Source: Lingula anatina (lineage: Eukaryota; Animalia; Brachiopoda). Taken from it: a stretch of 64,000 nt of DNA. The stretch's first letter is position 1. Every line of letters starts with the position of its first letter. The notes beneath the pieces are model-generated. The model was not told the origin of the DNA. It made no database searches and saw only the letters and a program-made list of their open reading frames with translations. The translations under genes and the position numbers were made by a program. Positions 49,201 through 63,293 of this stretch are shown piece after piece. The stretch covers positions 11,842,001 to 11,906,000 of the forward strand of contig CM120646.1 of NCBI GenBank assembly GCA_051362555.1, written 5' to 3'.

Positions 49201-52200
49201 CATTACATTTGCACAAAAAATTCCAGAAATATTAGGAAAGCTTATGATTAAAATTCTTGGCTGAAGACAATGCCATGAAGTACCACAAAACGAAATCTTA
49301 TTGGGTAATGTTTGTAGTAATTAAAATCTTTATTCGATGCCTTTTCATATTACAAATATACAATTTTCATTTGTTGGCATTCGCTTAGCCAATTACCTTT
49401 TCCTTTTTCTTTTTCTCATGCACCTGAAAATAATATCTGTTGATAAAAAAGTAAATATTTTCTTAATACTTTCTTGGGCATGACCCTTTGACCCTTTCTA
49501 AAGGGAACTTGATCACATGACCTACTTGCCATGTGAGGTCCGGAAGTCATGATGCGCAGGATCAATGGAAACGTCATCATCCCTCCAGTGACAAACCTTT
49601 TTTACCACAATATTTACAATATTTATTGCCTTATCAATATTTGATGAAACGTGCACATGCTTGAGATCAAATTATGAACAACCTATTCTTGTTGTAACGC
49701 ATTTAGGCGATTGTGCGTTACCAGCAAAACATAATGCAATTTACGTATTAGCATACATTGATCTAAACAAAGATGAAATAAACAATGTAATCGACTGCCT
49801 GTGTCTATTTTCATCACATTAAGGACAACCAACGTGTATTAAGCATTACAAGAACATTTAAGATTGGGGTAAAATGTATACGTTTGATTCATGTTTGATA
49901 TGGTGCTACATGTATGGAACTCATTATTTTGCTTTCTTTTCCTTTTCTTTTTTCATATTTATTCAATTAAATTTTCGGTCCACTCCCAGCGACTTAGTAA
50001 TGAGTAAGTCTTGACTTATGAAATAATAAAATTTGAAACTATAGGTAACACAAACATGTCCAACCCTGTCCAACCCTGTAAAGGTATCCTATTCGAGATT
50101 TTCCCTGCCAAATCATTTTTATGTCGAACAACTTAATTTTTCCTTTGTTTTCTTTCTTTTTTTTTTTTTTTTTTTTTTTGCTTTGTTTTGTTCAGGATAA
50201 GAGATGAGTTGAAATAGGTTTATTCCAATGGCTTCATCCGTTCCTATAAGGAGCACTGACGTCTCTGTCCCTACGTTATTCTAATCGATAATTGATCGGA
50301 TCAGTTTCCCAGAGAAATGTGTTGTGATTACTCCCAACACTTCTGAATATGCATTGTGTCTGTTACCAGTATATCTCACTCCCTGATCTAGCCTGGGAAG
50401 GGCAGATATAATTACATCATTAATCAGAAGTCACTTCTCATGTGTAATACTCAGAGGAATTTGATGGTTGAATACCGGTAATCGATCGAATTAACGGCGA
50501 TTCTGATGGTGTTGAAATACACTGGCGGTTGATGCAGTTAATGTTTCTGTCTGTGTACTAGTTCACAACTCTCTTAGCGCGCATTCAGAACAACGGACCA
50601 ATAGATTCACGGATCAAATATGGCCGATCCACTTGAATGTTTGTTGCGAGGGGAATCTATTCAGTGTCTAATCGGGAATTAAGCGGCAATCTTTTTGGTG
50701 AGAGGTCATATTTGATTTGCGGATCTGATAGTCAGCTGTTCTGGATACGTTCTTAATTTAATCGAGCATTGGACCTTGTTCGGGCTGCATCTTCTATTTC
50801 AAATTCCAACACATGCCCTCTTAGATCAGCTTGTCGAATTCTGATCGAGACCCAGCCGCAAATCATGGGTTGTGCAATAAATTTAAACAAAACCACCGCC
50901 TGTGGAAAAAAAACGTTTCTAGTTTAAAAAAAGAACATTACTCCAGAATAAATCAGTTAGATACATGTATGTGGTTTTATTTGTAATGAAGAAATAAGCC
51001 GTTATCATGAGAAGATTGTTATAAGCGCGTACTGTCCAATTATAACGATTGCTTTATGCAATGCAGACAGATAGCACGTGTGATATACATGTTATGTGGG
51101 CAGGAAGGCACGTAAGACCCCCCCCTCCCCTCTCTTCAAGGGAAGCAAAAATAGTACACAACCACACACACGCACTCGCATTCACAGGAACACACCCGCA
51201 TATTATAAAACTAATGCAGAGAAAAACGCAAGGAAAATTTCTATATATACTAGTACATACATCCACATCATACACAACAACTGTTATAATCTAAAATTGA
51301 TCTCTTTTTTTCATCAATCAAAGTCAATGTGCTTTGATCATGCGTTTTATCTCGATTTGTACATGTAAGAGTCCCGATCCATGGTAGCTAATATTAACTA
51401 GGCCTACGTCATATGAGGTCATGTGTGGAGGCAAATCTTATTAATGCAGTGTGTTATGCTTGTCACATGTAGCTAAACCTCCACTAATTGCAAGCAAATT
51501 GGTTTTTGTCACACGTATTTTGTCTGGTTATGGAAAATTCACGGAAAACCTAAGTTGATCTTCCCCAAAGGTGTTCTCCATTTGAAAACATTGTTTTCTT
51601 AGCATTTCTTCACGGTGTGTGTCAAGTAGAGAGAAAATAACATTTATTAATTAGTAATAGTTTTATGAGCCCTCAGTGAAAGAAAGATGACCTGTTTCTT
51701 TAAGATTCTCTAATCATTATTGTAAAGAATCAAAGCCGTCCTCTGTCGTTTGCAATGATTTTTACAGTTTTCGTGTAAAGTCGATGTTTCTGAAAATTGC
51801 CACACACTGAAAAGAGGGTTCTGCAGAAAAAATATGGGAAAAACTAAAGGGTGGATTTCAAAAAGGATATAATTTTTAAGTGCTGTTGAAAGTATACTCG
51901 CTACAGTGAATAAAACCTGGATAGTTATTCCGTAATGCATCGAGGCAAGATCGGGAAATACAGTACTTAATTGTGACTTTCAGAAATCTCTGGATCGATT
52001 AACACCACAGCTCTCTGTTGCATAAGTTCAACAGCTTAACTCGGTTTTTATACTCAATCACAGAGCAGAGGTGTTTTGTAAATTAACCAAGTCTGTCTAA
52101 TTCCACGCTCTTAGTTCAGCATTCAAAATGATTCTTGAACAAAAGCTAGTGTGCTTTTAGTTTATTAACTCGTTCTTAGTGTTCCATTGACAGGATCTGT

Positions 52201-52772
52201 GTTTAACACCACTGAAGGGTTTAATGCATTGCCTCAGCAGAAGTCGCCTTTAACTGTACCTGTTCGAAATTAGGCAAATTTTGTTTTCGCAATGGTGAGT
52301 CATTTTGACCAAGCCCCAACGATTCCTGCACAAAAAGTAGGGAGAGCTGGTCTGACACAGTAACGTTGGCTCTAAATACTTGATCTGTGTGAACGCAATA
52401 TTTACCAAATCTGTCTTCCACACATGCAATCTAAAACAACGCATCAAAAAATTGGTAACGACAGTTTTATGTAACTGACACTTGGCACCGTGTAAGATTT
52501 CTCAGAATATTTCACCCGCCTGGGGAAAACAAGATGATGTCTTGGCAAGATAACACGGTACCGCTGCAATGACATGCGTAGACGGTAATTCCAATAAAGA
52601 CCGGTGTCTGATTGGGTTATTCGTCCGAGTTATTCCTATCTCCAGTTGCCTCCTCGTTGCAGCAGTGAGTGATTGCAGATTGCATAGTTGAACATTAGCG
52701 AGATTTCTTTGGGAGTTGCTGTTCGGAACAGAAGGAACGTTTTGCTGTATAAGAGAGGAGAAGAGGATTGAA

Positions 52773-52910
52773 ATGTCTTTTCCAAGTCGTTATGTGATGT
52801 CTATGTTGCTGTTGGCATCAGTTGTGCTACTACTTCAGGTAAGAGAATCTAGATCTAGATCTATTGAAAACGCTAAACAACAACAACAAACAACATCAAC
52901 AACAAACAAC

Positions 52911-52962
<52 letters not shown>

Positions 52963-55374
52963 TAGTATATTGAGCTTTGAAGGGTAAGTAATCGAAATTG
53001 CCAGCTGTCTTTACCACACATATTTATAAAGAATAGAATAATAGGACAAATATAAAAAAAAAAGATAAGTATGAAAAAAGATACACTATATGTAGCATTG
53101 CTGCTTTTTCTGGTGTGACGCACAAAATTATGAGGTTTTCTTTAAATTAAATTTATAAACAAAAACCCAAAGGCATACAATGCGCGTTAGGCATTTACAT
53201 GTATGTAGTAAAAACATTCAAATATCTTTTTGCGCAAAATTATGATTCTTTAATCCATTTTTTTTTTAGTTCTTCGTGTTTATGTTCACCGTTAATAGAT
53301 ATAAATGCTAAGCAATCAATTGTATATCATGTACCCATTCATTTGTGAAGGCAAAAAAATGACGTGTTTTGGGATGGTGAACAGGATTACATGTTGGTAA
53401 TACTCCATTGCAAATTTGATTAATGCGTATTATGTCACTAATTCGTTACTTAAACAGAACAAGAGCAATGGCCTAATCAATTAGCAAAAAGAAAGCTTGC
53501 TACGCAGAATGTCGTCAACCAATACCGAAAGTAAAACTAATCATTATGAAAACGTTCATGAAAATATATCCATCAAAATTTTATTGAGCCAAGTATTCAC
53601 AATACTAGAAATGTAATGACTCATTAGAAACTAATAACATTATAACATTATAAGGATTTCATAACAGAGATGTCAACAGTACAACAGAAATTCTCAAAAT
53701 GGGCACATTTATGGATAACCAGGTTAATGGTAAGAGACAAATCCCTGAAATGTATGGAATTCAGTATTACGACTTGCGAATTACACGTGTGTGTAAAATT
53801 AGCAAATCCCAAATGCCAAAAGCATTCTCGAATCGTTATTGCCAACAATACAATACAATAAGTGCAACATGTTACATCATCAGATCGCCTTGTCTATTGC
53901 CACTAAAACAAGACAGACAACTTGCACACCAATACCACACTTCTGTGATAATTGGACAATTGTATCAAGGATCGCACAGGGGAATTACAGGGGAATAAAT
54001 TCTTTACTTTACCTTATATCCAGTAACGTGACCAAATTAAAAGAAAGCATAGAGTTGTTCGGAATATCATGTAGAGCAAAAACATCCGCTCATTACGCAA
54101 ATGATAATTTCGTATTGTAGGCTTATTGCACCATTGTTAGACAGAATTCGATCACGGGATATGTATTATCAACCCAGCAACTGTATTAACTTTAAAAAGG
54201 GACACAGTACGTGATTGGATTAAGGGGCTTGTTGCAGCTTGTAATGTCATTGCCTTCCTCGGTTTTGTTAAATTTTTAGTTGCATTTCCCTTTATTTAAA
54301 TTAAAATTCGTTTCTGAGGTACATGTATGTCGCAAAGCTTTCCACGTCTATTAAAATGACCTTTTTCGACTGACTCTATCTAGATTGTGACGATTGTTCG
54401 TATAATACATAAACTGGTTAGGTTTAAACACATTTGTCTCAATACCCATAATTTATTACACCCGATGGTGCTTTTACAAGGAAAAAGAATTGCTTTTACA
54501 AGGAAAAGAATTGCTCTTAGTGTCAAACTTGTATTCGACCCGACACCATTAATTTTCTTTACTGACTCAATTATTGGAGGATTTTTCACTCGAATGTGCG
54601 GTGTGATCATACAAATGATTTGATTTCCCCTACGCCTTCGTACCCAATATCTTATTCAATCTTATCCAACAGAGAATTCGTAATGCGATGCATGGTAGAT
54701 ACTTGCGCTTGTCGATACATGGCGCGTTCACACGTGTAATGGGGCCACCCATCCTGGCGCGACCCTGTAGTGCGGGGGCTTTCCTATTCAACCCAACTAA
54801 TCGTACAGGCATCAGTTATGTAATTCATGCCTCGTCTTGCCTTATTCACATGACTGACTCTGAAAATTAGGGCTAGAAACAATGAAAGTCGTATTTTACC
54901 ACTACACAGATGCTTCTACATTTTTAGCGTGTGTCCTTTTTTTCTCCAGGAATTTACGGCTGGAATCAACGTGTATCGGCCGTTTGGTCGCAACTGGCAC
55001 GTTCAGTCTGCGTTCAGGAGCGGCTCCCCAGGGTACGAACCTTGCCCGCCCCTCCCAGAGCAGCCGTATGTCTCTTGTGCTGAGGTGAGTGTCTCACTTC
55101 AGATCATGTAGCGTTAAGTAATTATGATCAAATTGCATGGAAAGTTATTCAGAAATTAACATTGTGTGACATGCGTGAGATGATGTTACATTTCAGATAT
55201 ATAATTGATGAATCAGTCGTTTCTAAAGAGCGTAATGACGTGCCGGTCAATAACACTAAGCACGTAGTATCCAATGTGATATCTCAACTCTCTCAACTAA
55301 CAGATTGCTTCAAGTTTAAGAATCCCACACCTAATGCAATGCTGCACCGTGAGCAGAATCCCATACTAAAACGT

Positions 55375-55437
<63 letters not shown>

Positions 55438-55671
55438 TGCTTTTACCATGTGGCGCACAAAACATTCTGACCTTGACTGACCTACTGCTACCGTGACTTT
55501 TTAAATCATTTTCTCAACATTTCATCATTATCTCGTCAGGTGAAGTCGAACTGTCCTCCCGGCACGCGCTGTTATCCGCCCCAAGTCCGTCTTCCTGAGC
55601 CATGGTACATCCCCAGCCGATGCCGCCGATACTCTCCGCCTATTTTGTGTGTAGTCAATGAGGAAGAATAG
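52773..55671 (+). CDS. Small secreted Pro/Cys-rich peptide precursor 2 (110 aa), related to the 21321-22312 gene
   Basis: Exons 52773-52838, 54950-55084, 55540-55671 with phase-0 GT-AG introns. Translation: MSFPSRYVMSMLLLASVVLLLQ|EFTAGINVYRPFGRNWHVQSAFRSGSPGYEPCPPLPEQPYVSCAE|VKSNCPPGTRCYPPQVRLPEPWYIPSRCRRYSPPILCVVNEEE*. Six Cys. Confidence 0.82.
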
Positions 55672-57617
55672 GATGATATTCATACACAAAGTCAATACAA
55701 ATCGTTTGCTCACAATGAAAGACGAAAACAAGATGAAAAAATTGATGTGATAATGACCTTTTTTGGTAGACAGTAGAAATGTCTCGTTTCCAAATTTGGC
55801 CATTTGCTTATTTGGAGATGTGTCCAGTGGGAAAACATAAGATTAGGATGCCTAATCTAATGGAATATTGTTTTCTGCCGTTTAGAAATTCGTTTTACTG
55901 TAGATGGTGCATCCTCAAAAAAAAAAAAAAAAAAACAGTATTACTAGAATGTATGTTTTTCTTGCTCGCACATGAAAATGTAATTTATACATATCTGAAG
56001 GACAAAAAATTACTGCTTAGTTGACATGAATATGTAAACTGCCTTTAATTTTTCATACAGCTTTGTAGGAGAATATCATTGCTTTTATTAATAAATGTTT
56101 ATAAAATGTGTCTGCCGCATCTCTCTCAATAACCACGCTATCTACAAAAATGTTTATTATTATATGTACGTGTATTCGTATGTACCTATAATACTCTGCT
56201 TATCGTTTCTATCAACAAACCGTTTTCATTCTGCTATAGATATCAAATGTTGATAATAACGATAATGTTGTTTTTCGTTCTGTGGTCACATCACATACAG
56301 TAAGTATGTCTGGCAGTAATAGCATATCTGAATTAAGTCCTGACATGAGAAAAGCTACTGTATTGAATAAATGGCTAAATAGCGAGTTGGTGGTATTTGA
56401 ACTTACAGCACTGCTTTGAACTTAATAGAGAACGGGTATAAAATGTCTATATAAATAAGTGCATCACTTAGTCTAACATGGGACTTAACATTGTCTTCCC
56501 TCTTTCCTTCTTTCTTTTTTCCCTTTCTCTGTCATTCATTTATATGTCGTTTTATGTAACTATTAATTTGTCTTCTTTTTTTTCTTTTTGGGAAGATGAG
56601 TCTATTCTCAGACGCATTATATTTATACATGTATTGCCATATTTCGTGCATTTCGTGTTCTCGAAGTTTTAAATTTGTCAAGCTTATTTAGGGCACATTG
56701 CTGAGGTCGACTGAACATGAATTTTTCTTTCACCGTCAGTGTCGATTTACGTATAAATCTCATTTAGTAAAATATTTGAAACATATCAAATTTTCCCCAA
56801 CGAGACAGTATTGAAAATATACCGGTAGGTCTGTGAATTACTTTGATAACATGTTACACAGGCGGTGTGCACGAAATGATACTGCTCTTGTACCAGCATT
56901 TATATTTCCTCTTATTTGTTCTCATTATATAGAGTGTGATATACCTTCCTATGACAATAACTGAAACATCGTTTTTATAATAACTGAATCGCTGAAACTA
57001 AATTGCGTATGAAATAGGATATGAAGATATGAACCCATCGGTAATAGGGATTATTCCCATATTGTTTCTGGCTGTTTTAAGCAGTTTAGGTTTAAAGTAA
57101 AACAGAATGACACCGAATTCCTTGGCCTGAAATACAATAACAGTCGATCAGTTTCTAGAAGCATGCTTAAATGGCAGAACGCGGTGTGTGTGTGCGCGCG
57201 CGCGTGCGTACGGGGAGAGGGAAGACAGACTAGGAGAACGCACACACATCTCCGATCTTTAAATGGGACAAAAATATCCATGTACAACACTCCCCCCGCT
57301 TTATCAATGATTGGATTATAATAATTAACAATGATTTGTCAAAATTGCTTCAACACCTTATATATCCGTGGGAATAACTAATGCGCAAAACTTAAGCCCT
57401 TTATAACTGCACCAGTATTTTGAGAAATTAAATGACTGATACACTCATATTAAAAAACATCAAGACTGCATCAGTGACACGGGTGGATAAGGGACAGTCA
57501 TAAACAGAGGTTAACGAGGCTGCCTTTCGACTGTTTAAACCACAACTATTAACTATTATAATGTTTTTTGCTTCTGCAAATATCAACAGAACACAATAGG
57601 TCAGAAAAGCGGCAGAG

Positions 57618-59122
57618 ATGATGACGGAAATTTCGGCAAGAATTGCCGTCATTCTTGCAATATGCACGGAACTTTCGCTGGGGTTCTCAGGTAGGTTGTG
57701 GGTGCTACGAGATGTAGGGAAAATATGAATTTGTACAGCCGGATCTGTGGACACTTTCCTTGGGGTCGGCCCAACCAGAAAAATATATTTGACATAATAG
57801 GTAAATGCTACGTCTGATTCATGTCAGCTACGGTAACATATTAGATAGGCACAGATATGCCGGTCTTATTATGGATATGGATTGGATGTATTTGGCAGAT
57901 CTCGTATAAGCTGGGTCCGGTTCACTAAACAGCGTCAGACCAAAATTGGTCTAATCTTTTAGACCAGATATTTAGTCTATTTTTACCTATGACAGATCAA
58001 TAGTAGTCTAAAAAAATCGAAATATTGCACTCGTTATGGAACAGTTAACATGACTACCTTTTTAGACCTACTTTAATTCCGTGGACCACTGTACTTTTTT
58101 CATGAAGAGGACTAAAATACTGGGCTAAATCTTAAGCCCAGATTTCCGTCTAAGCTGCTCTGATTTCTCACACCTCAATGGCCTAGTCTAAACAGCTGTT
58201 GGAATATTCAATGAATAACTTAATTACAGTTCTACGCAATGGAGGCCATGATGACACGATCTAATGTATAAAGCATCACTTTACTGCCGCTTAATTTATC
58301 ATCAGTATAAATCATATATGAATGGAATATGGAATTTAGATTGACATTCTCATTATAAGTCAATATACGATTGCGCCCTTATTCATAATTGTTATGATAT
58401 GATTGTGATGTACTCTTAGCGCCTGTGGTACTGTATTTGATATATAATTGGAATGATATACTGTACGATGTAAGTCGTTGAATTGTCATAGTTATTATAT
58501 ATTTCTCATTACTTTATGTGCAATTTAGCACATATTTCATAGGCTAAGGCCGATTAAAACAATCAATAACATCCGAACGTCGCATTATGTCCTTGTTGGG
58601 AGTTCGCTTCAATGAATATTTTAATCTTATGATGACAAAAAAACAAACATTTATCGACATAGCCTGTTTTATCTTTAAGCTTACAGTCTCACTCTGCTCC
58701 ATGAGTAAAGTTAGCTTGCAGGCGTGAGACCATTCTTTTCAGAATATTTGAAATCTTTTTTAAAATTTATATACCCATATATCTTTATACAATAGTGTTT
58801 CGTTTGGTTTATTATTATAGAATGTCCAGAAGGATGGATATATAACTATAGAAACGCACGCTGCTATCAGTTCAACCACTTTCGAAAATGTTCATGGGAA
58901 GTTGCCCTGGCCAACTGTAGACTAGAGAGAGGAGACCTGCTGTCTTATGAGAATCAGGGTGAAAAGGTGAGTAAAATTCAACACTGAAAGCAAAGGGTCG
59001 TCGTTTCAGCTGATATGATTATTCAACACGTTATATCGCTATAGGTGTTATTGCAATATAAAGCTCAAGTGTGTGCCATGCGTTCTACATGCTTATTAAG
59101 AGCATCTGACTGAAAAATGGTA

Positions 59123-59173
<51 letters not shown>

Positions 59174-59486
59174 AGCAATCTTTAAGACCACGATCCACAT
59201 TTGTCGCAGCGATGTGTAAAATGTTGAGATAAAATGTTAATATATCTGAATCAGAAATTCTCAAACGCACAAAAGGCCCGCATGTGCGTTCACTTATAAA
59301 ACCATTAACAGTGCTAGTATTGCTTTCTAATGGCAACAGTGAGGCAATTCAGCACTCAAAAATCAATCAAGGAGGATTAATCCGATTAAACTGTTGATAA
59401 GAATTTAAAACATATTATAGTCAAATTACGCCCACCAACCGTGTTCATTACTCCATATAATAGCAGTTTAGCACTTCTGTATAATA

Positions 59487-59517
<31 letters not shown>

Positions 59518-60477
59518 TTATCTTTTTATTTATACTACACTTTTCCTATGCTGTTGTCAATCAGTCGAATTACCATATTGATTACATTTTTAGTTGGAGT
59601 AAAATTGCAAAATCTCATTTGGTCTAGGTATATATAGAACATCAGTGTAGTCTGTAGTCTCCTGATCTAAAACGGTTCATGTTACCAGTATATTTCATTA
59701 TGTAAACCATTCACAATCTCATATTTCCCATTTTATTGTTATATACTTCTAATAATATAATGCTACTTATTATCTTAATCTTCGATAAGTTAATTACTCG
59801 CAAAAAAGCAATCACTTCATCATCTTCTTGACTTCCCGTCATTTGATAGACAATCAACTCAAAATAAACTTCATTCCATATTGATATCATCCCATATATC
59901 ATCGACACCAAAGGAGACACCCAGTCTGGGACAAAGTGTTATTAGTCGATTACACTAAGGTCTTTTACTAAATACCAGTAGACCACTTATATAAAGGACA
60001 CAGAAGTGTCCAGTTGCACCACAAATCTTTAGACCAAGTTTCAAAAGAGTCGAAAAGAAGGTGTAAAAATGGTCATCCCACAAGCAAAGCAAGTACCGCA
60101 AGGAACAAAACTTTGACTAATTCTATTCGAGATAATGAGAAACGATCTCTTTACGACTGGCGATTCGTTCCGACGACTGAAACCTCAGGCTTTTCAGCTC
60201 TGGAAATGACACCCTATAAAAGTGAAGGAATATATAAACGACACAGCAATTGCAAGAGTGGAATCTGTGGAATTTTGGCCTTCAAATTTAGCCAGGGCAT
60301 AATCTGGGATAAACCTGTACACCATGCCTAAACTGAAGCTAGTCAACAGTTACACCATACTAAAACGAGCCAGTAAAACAGTAAACGGGCTATCTAGCAT
60401 TTAAATGACAATATAATAAGACCAACACTGGCGTCCGCGTGTCAGGTTTGACACCCTAGCTTCACAAACAGTCATCG

Positions 60478-60522
<45 letters not shown>

Positions 60523-61086
60523 TCCTACTAGGACTGGGTCCTCAAGAACATGGTGGTCAATTTTTACTGGTCAGGGCTAAATGACCGTTATGAAGATGGG
60601 CGCTATGTATGGACTGACCACACGGAGTATAACGCGACACTGGTGTAAGTTCCGTAAATGTCTCTAACCTGAGTTCATGTCAGTCACAGAACCTGGCTTA
60701 GATAGAAAAGTAATACCGCTAGACTAAAACCGATTAAGCTGTTATCATGTTCCCTTAAGCTGTCCTTCATACAAAATGAACTGAGGTACATGTACTTAGT
60801 CACATGCATATAGTCGTGTTGCGTTCAATTTTTTTTTTTTTTTTTTTTTTTTGGGGGGGGGGGGGGGCTAGGAAGTGGAGAAAGGGACATCGAAATAGCC
60901 TAGCGCTAGGTTCCTGTACTCTGTTTTTTTTTTATCAAATGTGTATTTTTTCCAGGCATTGGGCACCCAGAGAACCTAACAATTGGGGCGGCAACGAGGA
61001 CTGTGCTGTGGCCATAAGTAATGGAGATATGAATGATATGTCGTGTAATTGGAATATACCGTATATATGTAAACGACGACCAAAAG
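57618..61086 (+). CDS. Secreted single-domain C-type lectin (EPN type); terminal exon(s) unresolved
   Basis: Exons 57618-57690 (signal peptide), 58821-58966 (CPEGW..CYQF..SWEVALANC..GDLLS), 60532-60644 (YWSGLND..GRYVWTD), 60956-61086 (WAPREPNNWGGNEDC..MNDMSC..PYICK); phases 1,0,2 are consistent. A short further exon may start at 61573. Confidence 0.88.
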
Positions 61087-61132
61087 GTCAGTACACATGC
61101 AGCAGATATATCTTCATATTTTGTCTATTTTA

Positions 61133-61137
<5 letters not shown>

Positions 61138-61197
<60 letters not shown>

Positions 61198-61225
61198 ACA
61201 ACCACACACACACACACACACACAA
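61138..61225. repeat. (CT)n(CA)n compound microsatellite
   Basis: Seen directly. A similar tract lies at ~55375-55434. Confidence 0.95.
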
Positions 61226-62926
61226 CCACGCACGCATGCATACAAAAAGTTAGTAATAAAAAGCGTTTGAAGTAATATCTGTACGGAATCAGTTCGTATA
61301 GCGAGTGCACGGTATTATCTACAACTTTTTGCCCCAATCCAAATATAACTGATACGCGGTCTTATGAACGGCATCCCCCATATTTATATTGTACAAATAA
61401 CATGAATAATTCTACGCTCTGTCCGATGTGTCAAGTGTTATGACGTCACACAGGGTAATAGCATGACGTCACAACGCCCTAACACAGGACTTCATTCTGC
61501 ACTCCTACATAAATATCACACCTACACGTACGGGATTGACTTTGTCCTTAGTGTGTCGTGTGTTTATTTTAGATGGACTCTGCCTATCTCTACATGTAAG
61601 TGCACGTTTCTCTATTATTTTTTTAATAAGTTATTAGTACCCATTTTTCTTTCATTTTAAATCGGTGAAGAAAAAAGTGGCCATGAACTGGTCAATATGG
61701 TCAGTGTCAGTGTCAGTGTCTGGTCAGTGTCTGGAATTCGCACATATTCTCAAGCACCAACATGATCTTGTCCGTCGGAGCTAATTTTAAACACTTCTGA
61801 GTCTAATTATACTAACGCATAATTTGTTTGTTATAAATAACTTTTTGAGATATTTTAACTTTAAAATCTATGTAATAACAGCCCACTCTGTAGGCCTACT
61901 ATTAATTGCGATATACCTCTTCAGATTTCGTTTGCGCATTCCCCAATATTTTAAATTATCAACAATATTTTAAATTATTAACCATATTTATTGACAATTA
62001 ACGCTCTCAATAAATCATCATGTGGGTTCTGTTTCGCTCACGTATTTCACACATTTCACTTCATTCATGGCGAATCATGCTACAACGCATGCGCATTAAG
62101 TGAGCTATTATGCGGGTCAAGGGTCATATTTATACCTCGCGTCTTTTAAGACATTCTCATTCACACTTACAAGGAACTTAAACAAATAGGTGAACAATGC
62201 GATATCAAGCGTGGAAAGTCTGTCTTGTACTGGTAAGAGTTTTTGGTTACTTGTACTAAACTAGAATTGCTGCTCCATCAAAACAACAGAATTTTTTTTT
62301 CTTTGTCTGCCTATTTATTTAACTATAGGCCTACCATATAAGTTTTTTTCACTTCTAAAATTAATTATGAAAATTACATTAGAATTAATAGAAATAGTAT
62401 TACAAGAACAAAACTTATAATAGAAACTTCTGTTGATTAGAAAATTAAACCGTTTATATCCATCAAAAGAGGATTGTAAAATACTACATATAAATTAATT
62501 GTCCGTGTATTCATCACAAGTAAGTCTTAATCAGGCAATGCCTTTCTGACCTAGGTTCTGTGCTGCTGCTTGCTAAGCGCCGTAAATGCACGCAAAAAGA
62601 AAAACAAAAATAGGAAAGGAAACAACAAAGCTAGAAATAGAGGTAAAGTGAAGAGAAACTGTTGTATATTTATACGTAATATTTATATGTAATAATCATC
62701 ATATCCTTTATCGTGTGGACTTTTCTCGTAAAATAATGCTACATTCATCCGGTATACCTTTGCCTATATGGTGGAAACACTTTCATGGCATAAGGTACTT
62801 TCTATTTCCTTGAAAACCTGCGTTTGTCGTTGGATTCCATCGGTCCAACATTCAATTTTCAAAATCTAGACCAAAGAAGCGATATGGTGTGCTTCGTACA
62901 TGTATTTTGTAATTGTCTTTTTTTCA

Positions 62927-63251
62927 TCATTTGCCGGGTTCCATAAGAATTTTACACGCATCTCCGCCCATGAGCGCCTGAAAGGCGTCCTCATATTGCG
63001 TCATCGGCATTTGGTGGGTAATGACGGCGTTAACGTCGACCTTCCCTTCCGCTACCAGACGCTCACTTTCCACCCAGCTGTTCCAAATTCGTCGTCCAAA
63101 TACAGTGTTTACTTGGAGTGCCCTATACACTGAAATAAAATATACGTCAAAGTGGTTGAAATTATTATATTCTATCAGCGAATTCGATGTAATTTTTGTA
63201 AAATATTTTTGACTTCTTTCACTCAATTGTTTCTTCTTCTTCTTCTTCTTC

Positions 63252-63293
<42 letters not shown>

